Positions 29,297 to 39,616 of a stretch of DNA of 64,000 nucleotides are shown in pieces (the stretch's first letter is position 1; every line of letters begins with the position of its first letter). Source of the stretch: a virus. The stretch covers positions 3,185-67,184 of IMG/VR virus record IMGVR_UViG_3300031673_016569. The stretch is one strand, 5' to 3'. A model generated the notes under the pieces. It saw only the letters and a list, made by a program, of their open reading frames with translations. It made no database searches and was not told the origin of the DNA. The position numbers and the translations under genes are program-made.

Positions 29297-29604
29297 ACGT
29301 GAGATGATATAACGATCCGGCTATTCAGCGATGCCAACATCGTCTCTATGAACCTGCCAAAGCATTCCTAAGTGCCATGCTGCTGCGCCTACCGGATTGA
29401 GAACTGTAATTGCCAGTGCCCAGATTTGTCCGGTTTGGCGAGCCGACTGGGGCTCGAACTCGCGCATTTACGTTCTCGAACTAGCAGTGAGTCAATGATC
29501 ATAATGGCCGAACTCAGACCGTCACTGTGTTCGCGTTCTCGATCATCATTCATTGGCGCACCGCGCAACGCCGGATCAATCGCGGAAATTGGATGTCCAC
29601 AATC

Positions 29605-30330
29605 TCACGCGACTTTACGCGTCGCCGTCGCTTCTGGCACGACTTTCTCCGCGTCGAGCGCGCTTACCGCGAGCTCCGCGAGCAGGCGAAGCGCGACCGC
29701 GTTGTTGATCACTTTCTTTTCCTGCTTGACCCGCACGATCGCATCGAACAGCGCGTTGAAAGTTGCAAGCTCGCCGACCAGGACCTGCGCCTTTTTATTC
29801 GCCTCGATGCGCGCGACGAGATCGAGGAAAGCGGCTTTTTCCTCGGGCAGAAAAACGATGGTCAGCTCCTCGTACTTCGGCCGCGTGATGCCGAGCGCCG
29901 CGAGCTTCTCGTCGGTGCACTTGAAGGCGTCGTCGGTGACACCGCTGTAGCGCTTCCACTCCAGCGAATTCAGGCTCGTATAGAGCTGCGCCAGGATGTT
30001 CGGATCGTCCTTGCCGTTGATCGCGTTCTGCGACAACTGGATCGCCAGGCGCCGCTCCTCGGAGAGGTCGGTCACGATGTCGAGCACATCGGCCTCCTCG
30101 ATCCCGGCCTTGATCGCAGCGCGAACGCGGTGGTTGCCACTCAGCACTTCGCCGCGGTAGACCACCGGGACGCCCATGAGCTTGCCGTCCTGCTTGATGT
30201 TGTCGACGAGCTGGCTAAACTCCTGCGGCGTCATGTAGCGCGCGTTCTTCGCGAGCAGCTTCAGCTCGCGCAGCTTGACCTTGACGATCCGGCTTTCCAC
30301 CTTGTCCAGCGTATTTTCGGAGCCATTCAT
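29605..30330 (-). CDS. ParB/Srx N-terminal domain protein
   Basis: NAR.M...F..LV.NI..DG, VLSGNHRV.AA..AG, N.I.G.DD. Confidence 0.82.
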   Translation of the reverse strand: MNGSENTLDKVESRIVKVKLRELKLLAKNARYMTPQEFSQLVDNIKQDGKLMGVPVVYRGEVLSGNHRVRAAIKAGIEEADVLDIVTDLSEERRLAIQLSQNAINGKDDPNILAQLYTSLNSLEWKRYSGVTDDAFKCTDEKLAALGITRPKYEELTIVFLPEEKAAFLDLVARIEANKKAQVLVGELATFNALFDAIVRVKQEKKVINNAVALRLLAELAVSALDAEKVVPEATATRKVA

Positions 30331-31591
30331 GGAACACGTCCTGGAGTGATTGATTGCGAATTGCCGACTGGTACTGCAGGTGATCGACAGCGCGTTTGGC
30401 CAATTCAAAAATCCCGCGATACTTCATGGAAACGGGCTTGGTCGTGAACGCCGTGGTCACGATGTATTCGACCTTAATCAACAGCCGGCGGTTGATCGGA
30501 TCGATCACTTCGCGGCAACTTGCGATCATCGGGATCAGCTTCGACAGCCTGCGCTCGCGCGAGACTGAGAAATCCGAGAGCAGGTAGAGCTCGCGCGTCT
30601 TGTCGCCAAACCGGGTTTGCGCGAAGATGAATCCGCCGGCGAGGGCCCCATCGATCAGCACCAGGCAATTGAACTGGCCCGTGGTATGTTCGATGCCTTT
30701 CGCCAGGTAGACGTTTTTCAGGTACGTCATCCGCTTGCCGTCTACGACGCACACCGATACCTTGCTCGCGCCGGTGATCGCGGCAGGATCGACCGCGGTG
30801 TATTTGAACTGCACTTCGTTCGGCAGCCGGCGCCTGAACGATGCGGCCTTGTTGCTCGAATAGGTGTAGACGGGCTTATTCGAGCCATGCCATTCCGTCG
30901 TCGGCGTGCGATCGGCAAGCAACTGATCCGAGATCACGCAGTACGGGATATGCCGCTGTTCGAGCGACGCCACAAACGCGGGCAACGAGTCCGGGTCCCA
31001 AATGCCATATTTCGGCACCGGCCAGTCGGTGTTCTCGTTCACCAGCTTGTAGATCCGCTCATAGCCGCCCTTGTAGGTCGGCGCAAAGCACGCCACGCCA
31101 CCGCCGCTTTTCTCGGCCCGATCCGCCTGCTCGATGAAGTCCCCGGCGTAGTAGTTCTCGATTTTGATTTCCGCCACCAGCGTAGCGAGCTTGGGCAGCG
31201 CTTGATCCACTAACGCCCTGAACTGCTCGCGATAGTGCCGGAAGTGCACTCGGGCATACTCGTTCTTGCTGGTGAACTGGCCCATGGCGGACGCGACCAT
31301 CACAGCGGCGACCCGCCCGCGAAAGTCCAGCCCGGCGATTGCGGCTTCGACAAATTCGAGCTTGCCCCGAAAGCGGATGTCGAACTCGCGCCCCATCGCC
31401 AGCGCGCCGATGCTGCAGGTCAAGAGCGACACATCGTTCGAATACACCCGGCAGCCGGGGTGGCGCTTCTTTACTGCGCGGTCAAAGCGGAAGCTCCCCG
31501 AGCAGCCGACATACACGTCGCCCCATTGATCGAAAGGCACGGTCGAAAGCACTTGGCCGACGACCTCTTTTGGGACTGCGCCGATAAACAT
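30215..31591 (-). CDS. Atypical adenine-methyltransferase-like DNA modification protein
   Basis: VYVGCSGSF (motif I-like), VYSNDVS, GDF, and FAPTY in place of DPPY; extra C-terminal alpha/beta domain. Confidence 0.6.
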   Translation of the reverse strand: MFIGAVPKEVVGQVLSTVPFDQWGDVYVGCSGSFRFDRAVKKRHPGCRVYSNDVSLLTCSIGALAMGREFDIRFRGKLEFVEAAIAGLDFRGRVAAVMVASAMGQFTSKNEYARVHFRHYREQFRALVDQALPKLATLVAEIKIENYYAGDFIEQADRAEKSGGGVACFAPTYKGGYERIYKLVNENTDWPVPKYGIWDPDSLPAFVASLEQRHIPYCVISDQLLADRTPTTEWHGSNKPVYTYSSNKAASFRRRLPNEVQFKYTAVDPAAITGASKVSVCVVDGKRMTYLKNVYLAKGIEHTTGQFNCLVLIDGALAGGFIFAQTRFGDKTRELYLLSDFSVSRERRLSKLIPMIASCREVIDPINRRLLIKVEYIVTTAFTTKPVSMKYRGIFELAKRAVDHLQYQSAIRNQSLQDVFHEWLRKYAGQGGKPDRQGQAARAEAAREERALHDAAGV

Positions 31592-31675
31592 TTGGCCTGA
31601 CTTTCCAGGTTAAAAATCATACCAGTAAGACACTGGCGAGGGAATTATATTTGTGCGAAAAACACACGTAACTAC

Positions 31676-31703
31676 TTGATTACGCGCGTATATTTGCTAT
31701 GAT
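31676..31703 (+). promoter_or_regulatory. Putative sigma70 promoter for the plus-strand cluster
   Basis: TTGATT-N16-TATGAT with extended -10 TG, in an AT-rich divergent intergenic region. Confidence 0.55.
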
Positions 31704-32002
31704 CCTATTAAGGTTTCAATTCACCGAAACCGAGCCGGCCCGACCCGCCGCCCTGATGTTACGAAAAAGAGACGGAAACGAGTCGCAAGCGCAGCAGCAA
31801 GCGTGAGCGACCCAAGCGGGGGACACCCGGAAACACCCACCCTTAAAAAAATGGCGGCGCTCGACGTGCCGTCTATTCCCGCGTCCTTGCGCAAGCGAGG
31901 GCGTCGGAATACCGCGCCAGCCGGTAGCTGGCAAAGCGAAGCCCCGGACGGCTCACGACCGACCGGGGCTTCTAACCAAGTGAAACTTGAGAGGAGTTCC
32001 AA

Positions 32003-32323
32003 ATGGCTATTCAAAGTGTAGCTCAAACCGAAGCGCTCCAACGGGCGCGCACCAGCAACAGCACCGCCAACTTCAGCGCGATCTTCGAGGGGTTCGAGTC
32101 CAAAGGGATCCCGGCCGACCAGATCGAGCCGCGCGTCAACGTCCTCACCTATAACGCCTGGCTCGCCCTGGGCCGGCAAGTGCGCCGCGGCGAGCACGGC
32201 GTGAAGGTCTGCACCTTCGTCTCGATGACCAAGAAAAGCGACGAGGGCAACGCCGAATCCATCGGCAAGCGCCCGCGCATGACCACGGTGTTTCACATCA
32301 CCCAAACCGATCCGGTGCAATGA
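32003..32323 (+). CDS. ArdC N-terminal (ssDNA-binding)-like protein
   Basis: [16 protein letters not shown]....VF.I.QT. Confidence 0.75.
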   Translation: MAIQSVAQTEALQRARTSNSTANFSAIFEGFESKGIPADQIEPRVNVLTYNAWLALGRQVRRGEHGVKVCTFVSMTKKSDEGNAESIGKRPRMTTVFHITQTDPVQ

Positions 32324-32802
32324 TGGGCGCAAAACTCCTCAATCAGGACACTGGCGCCTACCTGTCCGACGATGACGTGATCAGGATGGCAGTCGCCATC
32401 ATCAATCATCGCTTCGGGCTGAAGCGCGCCTCGCTCAATTCGCCGGCGATGGTCCGCGACTACCTGAAACTTACGCTGACCGACAAAACGCGCGAAGTTT
32501 TTGTGTGCGTTTTCCTCGACGCCCAAAATCGCGTGATAGCAGTGGACGAGCTTTTTCAGGGCACGCTCACGCAAACATCGGTGTACCCGCGCGAAGTCGT
32601 CAAGGCCGCACTGCATCACAACTGCGCGGCGGTGGTACTCGCGCATAATCATCCAAGTGGTGTTGCCGAACCTTCGCACGCTGACCAGTGTCTCACCACC
32701 ACGCTGAAACAGGCTCTCGCGATGGTCGACGTGAAGGTGCTCGACCACTTCATCATCGCCGGCGATCAATCCCTGTCATTTTCAGAAAGGGGACTGCTAT
32801 GA
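32320..32802 (+). CDS. RadC-like JAB domain protein
   Basis: E.F...FLD.QNR, GT...T.VYPREV, AHNHPSG..EPS.AD, LDH.I. Confidence 0.93.
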   Translation: MMGAKLLNQDTGAYLSDDDVIRMAVAIINHRFGLKRASLNSPAMVRDYLKLTLTDKTREVFVCVFLDAQNRVIAVDELFQGTLTQTSVYPREVVKAALHHNCAAVVLAHNHPSGVAEPSHADQCLTTTLKQALAMVDVKVLDHFIIAGDQSLSFSERGLL

Positions 32803-33506
32803 GCGACGTCCGGGACAGAATCAGCAAGCTCCTCGCGATGGCGAACGACAGTCGCGGCAACGAACACGAAGCCGAAACCGCGATGAGGATGGCCGAAAGG
32901 CTGATGCGTCAGCACAACATTGACGTGGCAGACCTCGAGGCCAGCACCGGCAAGCAGACGATCTACAAATGGGCGAGCGTGATTATCCCCGTCGGCGAAA
33001 AGGCCAAGCCGTGCAACTGGAGCCCGATGTGGATGGGGTTCCTGGGCGTGGGCGTCGGCCGGTTCACCGACTGCAGGGCGTCCTGGATGGACCATCCGGA
33101 GTTTCAGCGCTGCATGAAGTTCGAAGGCGACGAGACCGATATCGAATACGCTGCCTGGCTGTTCAAGATGTTGCGCGACCACGGCTACTCGGAATCCAAA
33201 TCGATCGCCGGCCGACACCGTGAAACCTTCCGCAAGGCCTACGCCTTGCGCCTGTGCGAGCGCATGACGGTGCTGCGTAGAGACCGTGACGTGGCGATGA
33301 AAGCGGCAGTCACGACAGCGGGTACCGCCCTCATGGTGGTGCAGAACAAGCTGGCCCTTCGCGATGCGGAATTCGGCAAGCAGAAGGTCCGCCACCAAAG
33401 CACGAAGTTCGGCAGCCAAGGCTTTAACCAAGGCCGCTCCGCAGCGGACAAGGTCAACTTCAACCGCCCGATCGGCTCAAGCGCGCAGCCTCGGCAGCTT
33501 TCCTAG
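32799..33506 (+). CDS. DUF2786-domain protein
   Basis: RI.KLLA.A......HEA..A...A..LM..HNI; ATGA-coupled to the RadC-like gene. Confidence 0.82.
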   Translation: MSDVRDRISKLLAMANDSRGNEHEAETAMRMAERLMRQHNIDVADLEASTGKQTIYKWASVIIPVGEKAKPCNWSPMWMGFLGVGVGRFTDCRASWMDHPEFQRCMKFEGDETDIEYAAWLFKMLRDHGYSESKSIAGRHRETFRKAYALRLCERMTVLRRDRDVAMKAAVTTAGTALMVVQNKLALRDAEFGKQKVRHQSTKFGSQGFNQGRSAADKVNFNRPIGSSAQPRQLS

Positions 33507-33568
33507 ACAGCGCAGAACACCCCTGGCCCACCCCCAGGCAACCCCTTACCAACTATCAGGAGCTCCAA

Positions 33569-34534
33569 ATGGCAGCAGAAATCGATACAAGCAACAACCG
33601 CCAGAATATGGCGTTCGTCGGACAAACCCCGTGGCACGGCCTTGGCTCACACCTGACCGCCGGCGCCGACATCGAAACCTGGCGCACCGCGGCCGGGCTC
33701 GCATGGGAAGTCGCGGAAACCGAAGTGCTCTTCCGCGATCAGACATTGGTGCGGGAGTTCCCCGATACCAAGATCCTGCTTCGCAGCGATACGCGGGCAC
33801 CGCTCTCGGTCGTCTCCAAGTGGTACAACACCGTCCAACCGGGCGAAGTGCTCGGGTTCTTCGACGAGCTCGTGCGCGCCGGCGGCTTCGAACTTGAAAC
33901 CGCAGGTGCACTGCGCGGCGGCAAGCGGATCTGGGCGCTGGCGCGAGTCGGCGAGGAAGCCAAGGTCGTTGACGGCGACATGATCAAGCCGTACCTGCTG
34001 CTCGCTACCAGCTACGACGCCAGCATGGCGACCACGGCGCAGTTCACCAGCGTCCGGGTCGTCTGCAACAACACGCTGTCAGCCGCGATCGGCAACGGTG
34101 AGCAGAAGGTCAAGATCCCGCACCTGTCCAAGTTCGACGCCAAGGCGGTGCGCGGTCAACTGCAGATCGCGGTCTCGGGCTGGGACGAGTTCCTGCTCCA
34201 GACCCGCCGCATGGCAGCCACACCGCTCGACGCCCAGGCCGCGGACTCCTACCTGCTGGACGTGTTCAAGTGCGACGTTGAAACGCTGGAGGCCCCGGAG
34301 AAGACCCGCAAGTCCAAGGCCTACAAGCGCGTCCTGGCGCTGTTCGACGGATCCGCTGTCGGCTCCGAGCTGGTCGGCCAGAGCCTTTGGGGAATGGTGA
34401 ACAGCGTCACCGAATACGTCGACCACGAGCGCGGCAAGCAGCGCGACTCGGCGCTCGATGCCGCATGGTTCGGCGAAGGCGCCAACCTCAAAGACCGCGC
34501 GTTCTCAGTCGCTCGCGAGCTGATTCACGTCTAA
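33569..34534 (+). CDS. DUF932 family phage/plasmid protein
   Basis: PWHGLG, AGL.W.V, Y..VQP, ETAG.L..G..IW.LA, VRVVC.NTL, WG..N.VTEY.DH. Confidence 0.9.
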   Translation: MAAEIDTSNNRQNMAFVGQTPWHGLGSHLTAGADIETWRTAAGLAWEVAETEVLFRDQTLVREFPDTKILLRSDTRAPLSVVSKWYNTVQPGEVLGFFDELVRAGGFELETAGALRGGKRIWALARVGEEAKVVDGDMIKPYLLLATSYDASMATTAQFTSVRVVCNNTLSAAIGNGEQKVKIPHLSKFDAKAVRGQLQIAVSGWDEFLLQTRRMAATPLDAQAADSYLLDVFKCDVETLEAPEKTRKSKAYKRVLALFDGSAVGSELVGQSLWGMVNSVTEYVDHERGKQRDSALDAAWFGEGANLKDRAFSVARELIHV

Positions 34535-34632
34535 GGCGAAACTGGAGCGGCCCTGCGGAATTGAACCGCAGCGGTCGCCCTGGTGGAACCAGAGCAACTT
34601 TCCATTTAGCCGCAAAACTAGGAGCAACAACC

Positions 34633-35067
34633 ATGCAATTCGACAAACGCAAAACCGCAACCATCCTCGCCGCACTGCGCTACTGGCAGCGCGAGGGCCT
34701 TATGTCCTCCGGCCATGAGCAGGATATCGCCACCGACGACGACACCCTGCAATCCCTTAGCCGCCCGGAAATTGACGTTCTATGCGAGCAGATCAACATC
34801 GTGGACGAGCCGATCACAATCGTCGTCGGCTGCGAGGGCGGGCTTGTCCAGGGCGCCAGCTCGAACGTGGAGGACATTCGCATGATCGTCCTCGACTACG
34901 ACACTGAGGGCGCCGACGAGGACGAGGTTACAGACGTTCCGCAGTCAAGTGAAGGGCCAGGAACGGCTGAAGATGTGCACGCCGTGGTCGGGCTCTGGGA
35001 CGTCGAACATAATCCAAGCTGGGTGAAAGCCGTCTCCGACTGCGAGGCAAAGGCGAGGGTGTCATGA
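34633..35067 (+). CDS. Hypothetical protein, module A
   Basis: TILAALRYWQ..V.GG.VQ..DYD; GGAG RBS; paralogous to the N-terminus of 36729-37361. Confidence 0.75.
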   Translation: MQFDKRKTATILAALRYWQREGLMSSGHEQDIATDDDTLQSLSRPEIDVLCEQINIVDEPITIVVGCEGGLVQGASSNVEDIRMIVLDYDTEGADEDEVTDVPQSSEGPGTAEDVHAVVGLWDVEHNPSWVKAVSDCEAKARVS

Positions 35068-35510
35068 CCAACGCACAAGCAGCAGCAAACGCGCGCAAGC
35101 CTTACGCGGACAAAATTCGTTCCATGGTCGCAGAAAGCGACACCATGAGCGCCCACATTTCCGCACTGACCACCCTCAACGCCGCGCTGCTAACGGCGCT
35201 GAAGGAATTTGTCGCCGACGTTGACGCCGTTGGCGCCAGGGAGGTGGGGAAGGACTGGCCCGACCTGCTGGTCAGCTATAACAAGGCCAGGGCCCTCATC
35301 GCCAAGGTCCCAAATGCGGACAATCCCGCCACGCCGGCCGCAACCGACAACTGCCAGGCCTTGCTCGAGTCGGTACACGAGGAACTAAAAAACATGGGTT
35401 TTGATAGTGATGACCCAATCGACGGCGGCGACTGCTGCGAGTACCTGGGCAAACTGTTCGTGGATGTCGGGGAAGCACTCGAACGCGACGGCGCCAAGGT
35501 GACAGCATGA
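35064..35510 (+). CDS. Hypothetical protein with C-terminal module B
   Basis: C-terminus IDGGDCCEYLGKLFVDVGEALERDGAKVTA is identical to that of 36729-37361. Confidence 0.72.
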   Translation: MTNAQAAANARKPYADKIRSMVAESDTMSAHISALTTLNAALLTALKEFVADVDAVGAREVGKDWPDLLVSYNKARALIAKVPNADNPATPAATDNCQALLESVHEELKNMGFDSDDPIDGGDCCEYLGKLFVDVGEALERDGAKVTA

Positions 35511-35869
35511 AGACCGCGTCGTTTTTCACTTACGTCGGCCCGGGCAGGATCTCGATTGCACGGTTCGCTCCGCGCAACACGCCGGCCGGCTACCGAGTTT
35601 ATAAGCCGCTGGCACCCGGGCCGTGGTTCAACAGCGTGTCCGAGGAAATGTACCGGGAGCTCTACTTCGCGCAACTGGCGGATCTCGACGCGGCAGCGGT
35701 GGTGGGCGATCTTCTCCACCTGGCCGCCGGTGCCGAGCCGGTGCTGCTGTGCTACGAGAGCGTCAAGGACATCGCCGCCGGCATCACCTATTGCCACCGG
35801 CACATGGTCGCCGAATGGCTCAAGACCGAACTCGGGCTCGACGTGCCGGAAATCGGGAGCAAGCCATGA
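35507..35869 (+). CDS. DUF488-family protein
   Basis: ISIAR..P, LAP, Y...Y...L, VLLCYE....CHR..VA.WL. Confidence 0.82.
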   Translation: MKTASFFTYVGPGRISIARFAPRNTPAGYRVYKPLAPGPWFNSVSEEMYRELYFAQLADLDAAAVVGDLLHLAAGAEPVLLCYESVKDIAAGITYCHRHMVAEWLKTELGLDVPEIGSKP

Positions 35870-36714
35870 AACTCCAGACCGCCTCCGTGTTCCCAAACCC
35901 GGACCAGCCGAGAAAACGCTTCGACCCGGTGCTGTTGGCCGAGCTCGCGGAGTCGATCAAATTGAACGGCCTCATTCAGCCGATCACCGTGCGTCCCTTT
36001 CCGGACGATCGCTACATGATCGTGGCCGGGGAGCGCCGCTGGCGCGCCCACGTCCTGGCCGGGCTTGAGACGATCGACGCCACCCTGGTCGAAGTCACCG
36101 ATGGCGAGCGCGACATTCTCGCCATCATCGAGAACCTGCAGCGTGCCGACATCACGCCCCTTGAAGAAGGCCGCGCGTTCCAGCGCATCCTTGACACCGG
36201 CGTCACCGCCGAGGAGCTTGCGCACCGGCTCGGGCTCAAGCAAGCCTGGCGCGTCACCGAGCGCACGGCGCTCTTGCGCCTGAACCCGCCCTACCTGGAC
36301 CTGCTCGAAAAAGGCCATCTGTCGCCGTCCCAGGGCACAGAGCTGGCCAGGCTCGACCCGCTTGACCAGGACACCCTTTTCGGCCTGATCGACTCCGGCC
36401 GCTGCGACACCTACGCCAAGCTGCGCGCTGCGGCGGACGCGCTACTCGCCGCGGCCAATCAGGGCGGGTTCTTCGAAAAGCCCAAGACCACCGCTGAGGA
36501 GGCCAAGGCCCTGAGCACGTTCGAGGCCAAGATCGAGCAGATCGTGAAACTCGTCTCGAGCGGATTCAAGGACGGTGAAGTCGTCGTCTTGCAGAAGATC
36601 AATCCGCACCGCGCGGGCATCGTCGCAACCCAGATCGGGCTGATCGGCAAGCACCTGAAGCTGATCGAGCGCGAAATCCAGAAAGTCGTCGCACAAGGCG
36701 AAATCATCACCTAA
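35866..36714 (+). CDS. ParB/Spo0J-like protein
   Basis: PNPDQPRK.F, ELA.SI...G..QPI.VR, IVAGERRWRA, EN.QR.D..P.EE. Confidence 0.9.
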   Translation: MKLQTASVFPNPDQPRKRFDPVLLAELAESIKLNGLIQPITVRPFPDDRYMIVAGERRWRAHVLAGLETIDATLVEVTDGERDILAIIENLQRADITPLEEGRAFQRILDTGVTAEELAHRLGLKQAWRVTERTALLRLNPPYLDLLEKGHLSPSQGTELARLDPLDQDTLFGLIDSGRCDTYAKLRAAADALLAAANQGGFFEKPKTTAEEAKALSTFEAKIEQIVKLVSSGFKDGEVVVLQKINPHRAGIVATQIGLIGKHLKLIEREIQKVVAQGEIIT

Positions 36715-36728
36715 CCGGGAGCAAAACC

Positions 36729-37361
36729 ATGAACGCTACATTCGATAAACGTCAGTCCGCTACCATCCTAGCGGCGCTGCGCTACTGGCAGCGCGAGGGC
36801 CTTATGTCCTCCGGCCATGAGCAAGATATTGCCACGGATGGCAACAGCATAGATGCTCTGGACGCCGAGGACATCGACGCCCTGTGCGAGCAGATCAACG
36901 TGCCCGCCGCCACGCCCATCATTGTGGTCGGCTGCGAGGGCGGGCTAGTGCAAGGTGCATCGTCGAACATCGAAGGCCTGTCCATGATCGTCCTGGACTA
37001 CGACACTGAAGGCTGCGATGACGACGAGATTACCGAAGTTCCACAGTCCGACACGGTAGAGCCGGAGTCGGCCATCGTTGGATTGCACACCGTCGCGCAC
37101 GATGCGCCCTGGATTCAGCAGATTGTGGCGGCTGCCGGACTCAAGGACACCGACGGAAAGCCCCTGGAGTTGGTTGCCGGAGCAGCGCAGGATTCCGGCA
37201 ACTGCCGCGCACTACTCGAATCTGTCCATGAAGAGCTTGAAGGCATGGGCTTCGGCACGGATCAATCTATCGACGGCGGCGACTGCTGCGAGTACCTGGG
37301 CAAACTGTTCGTAGACGTCGGCGAGGCTCTGGAGCGCGATGGCGCCAAGGTGACAGCATGA
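36729..37361 (+). CDS. Hypothetical protein, fusion of modules A and B
   Basis: N-terminus matches 34633-35067; C-terminus matches 35064-35510. Confidence 0.78.
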   Translation: MNATFDKRQSATILAALRYWQREGLMSSGHEQDIATDGNSIDALDAEDIDALCEQINVPAATPIIVVGCEGGLVQGASSNIEGLSMIVLDYDTEGCDDDEITEVPQSDTVEPESAIVGLHTVAHDAPWIQQIVAAAGLKDTDGKPLELVAGAAQDSGNCRALLESVHEELEGMGFGTDQSIDGGDCCEYLGKLFVDVGEALERDGAKVTA

Positions 37362-37690
37362 CCATCGAAGTATTGCGCCGCACCTTCGCCGCGTCCAAGT
37401 ATCCACCTGGCAGCGAGGAGCGCGCCAGACTGAACCGAGACACGCTCACCAGCGAGTATTACACGTCGCACCGCTACATGACACGCGAGCCGTTCACGAT
37501 GGACGAGGGCACGCCGCACCCAACGCAGCCCTACCTCTGCCGGACGTTCACGACAAAGGCCGAGGCGGACGCCTACGTTTCAAGGCAACGGCCGCCCATC
37601 GTCAGGGTGGTCAAAATCGATCAGGTCGACATGTTCGCCGACCAGGCCGGGCTATTCGGCCACGTCGTGCAGCCGGGCGAACTGGAATGA
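37358..37690 (+). CDS. Hypothetical protein
   Basis: ATGA-coupled to the upstream gene. Confidence 0.55.
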   Translation: MTIEVLRRTFAASKYPPGSEERARLNRDTLTSEYYTSHRYMTREPFTMDEGTPHPTQPYLCRTFTTKAEADAYVSRQRPPIVRVVKIDQVDMFADQAGLFGHVVQPGELE

Positions 37691-38140
37691 ACAGCCCAGT
37701 ACCCAGGCCCAGCCGCATCGACCCGCGCACCGCCAGGCCCGACTCCGCGTACCCGCGCCAGCAGTCCAACGCGCAACGCTACACCGACGAATTCAGCCGC
37801 GCGCTCGGCTTGAGGCCCACGCCCACATTGTTCGGCAGCAAGGTGGTGAAGGTCTAAGCTACGCCCGGCATACACCGGGACTACTTCCCGCCACCAGCTC
37901 ACTTCCCTCCGGCATCGCCACGCCAACCTGAGCACCACCAGCGCGCCAGACCGCGCCACCTGATGCCCACAGGTGCGTAACGCCACACTCACCCCAGGCC
38001 AATCGCGATTGCGGAGCTACAGACCGCGCTAGTCGCCACTCTCCAAGGCAAAATGGCTGTAACTCCCTTCCAATGCTGGTTCTAGCACATCTTACGTCCG
38101 TTTTTCATAGGAGACGGGCAGGGCACGCGACCCCCGGACA

Positions 38141-38226
38141 CCCCCCTGGTCTATTTCGGGCACGACAAAATTTACCTACCTGACGGTCCCAGCGTGAAGA
38201 GTGGCGCCGCATTTTTCAGCCCCCCC
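38141..38226 (-). other. Putative cos packaging region
   Basis: Minus strand G7-CTGAAAAA...GGACCG...AAATTTT...CGAAAT...G6, non-coding and between HNH and terS. Resembles HK97-type cos regions as I recall them. Confidence 0.5.
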
Positions 38227-38455
38227 ACCATCAGCAGATCAGCAGGTCGGCCGATGGCGCGTCAGCGTGAGGAGATCCCCGCCTAAAAGTAAAGTCGAGC
38301 CCCAGTCCGGTTCCGTCGGCTCCCTGATCGGGTCAAAACTGGAAACTTGTGGCGGATCGGTGTGCGATTGAAATGACCGCTTAGCTAACGGTGCCGAAGG
38401 ACACCGAAAATAGGTGTTAGCTACCCCGTACGCGAATGGTAGGACCAAGTTCGCG

Positions 38456-39148
38456 CTAAGTGAAAAAGGCTTTTCGTTGCTCGGGCGATTGGAAGCGAGA
38501 GTGCGCGGCGTCTCGAATCGAAGTTGGCAGCGAGTGCCAGTTTGTAACGTGGATGGCTAGCAGAATGTCATTGAGATATTCTGATACTTCATACGCTACG
38601 TTAGCGCATTCTATGCACCCTGCTTCTGATACAACCATGTCCTTCAAGTTGATAACTTGAGGCAAGACTGGTTCACTCTGCGCGTGAATGTGTGCCGATA
38701 ACAGGCGATAAGGGTCTGGCTCTTTTCGTGTAGCGATTTCCCGTAGCAGACCGAATCTTGCCCCAAATCTAGGATTATTTGCTTCTAGGTACTGAAGGAG
38801 CTCCTTCTTCAGCTTAAATCCGTCCGCAGTGAGGTTGACATGCTCCCATTCAACGGCATGATCCTTGAAATAAAGCCATGCCAACAATAGGTCGATTTGT
38901 CCCCGTAAAGAGAAGAGCGTTTGTCGAAGTAATCCAAGAGATAACGCCCCAGCAGCCTCTCGGATTGATGAACCCACCGCGAGGAGCAGTTGATCTCCGA
39001 TTTTGGTCAGGTGGAACGAGGTAAGATATTGAACCCAGTGAATCAAGAGCACAGATTTGTTTTCGACCGCTGCGGACATCACTTCGCCGTAGGCCGTCGA
39101 GAAATTAGTCGTGGCCTGTCGCAGTTCCGAAGTTTGACTCGCGTGCAT
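38456..39148 (-). CDS. Hypothetical protein, possibly HEPN/DUF5677-like
   Basis: Helical; LR..ID and Y..LS.HIH motifs; lower GC than the phage backbone. Confidence 0.6.
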   Translation of the reverse strand: MHASQTSELRQATTNFSTAYGEVMSAAVENKSVLLIHWVQYLTSFHLTKIGDQLLLAVGSSIREAAGALSLGLLRQTLFSLRGQIDLLLAWLYFKDHAVEWEHVNLTADGFKLKKELLQYLEANNPRFGARFGLLREIATRKEPDPYRLLSAHIHAQSEPVLPQVINLKDMVVSEAGCIECANVAYEVSEYLNDILLAIHVTNWHSLPTSIRDAAHSRFQSPEQRKAFFT

Positions 39149-39154
39149 GGTTGC

Positions 39155-39616
39155 TTACTTAAGTCGCCAGTCGGACGGCCGCTCGTGAACAAACCTATTC
39201 CTTATGCTCGTGGCCAGATGGAGCAATTCCTTTTCTGGAAAAATGCTCGTGAGTTTGTGGATCCACAATTGGAAACCCTTGCGTGATTCAGGGGGGACGG
39301 GCTTCTCCGGGAATCGTTGCCGTAGTTCGGTAGTCAGCAGCGCTACTGCTTCGAGTTTGGGCAATGCTGTTTCGTGAATTAGCAGCCGCTCAATCTTTTC
39401 TTCAATATCACTAGGCGGTCCCGACTGTGTCGGAGAAGGGATATCATATGGCGTCGGGTGCGAAATATCCGAGAGCAATTGCCTCATGGACATGACGTCT
39501 TCTGTGAACTGTTTGGGGCCGAGTTGGCAGATGGATCGCGCGAACTCAGCGAAATCACGTTCGCCAAAACCGGATGCGGCGAGCAGCTTAGAGAGCTGCA
39601 GGTAGCTAATCTTCAT
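39155..39616 (-). CDS. Hypothetical protein
   Basis: ATGA-coupled to the ParA-like gene; lower GC. Confidence 0.7.
   Translation of the reverse strand: MKISYLQLSKLLAASGFGERDFAEFARSICQLGPKQFTEDVMSMRQLLSDISHPTPYDIPSPTQSGPPSDIEEKIERLLIHETALPKLEAVALLTTELRQRFPEKPVPPESRKGFQLWIHKLTSIFPEKELLHLATSIRNRFVHERPSDWRLK

Larger units (their letters stand above)
34675..37361 (+). repeat. Dispersed exact direct repeats
   Basis: 47 bp at 34675-34721 = 36777-36823; 44 bp at 35418-35461 = 37269-37312; 21 bp at 35490-35510 = 37341-37361. Confidence 0.9.
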
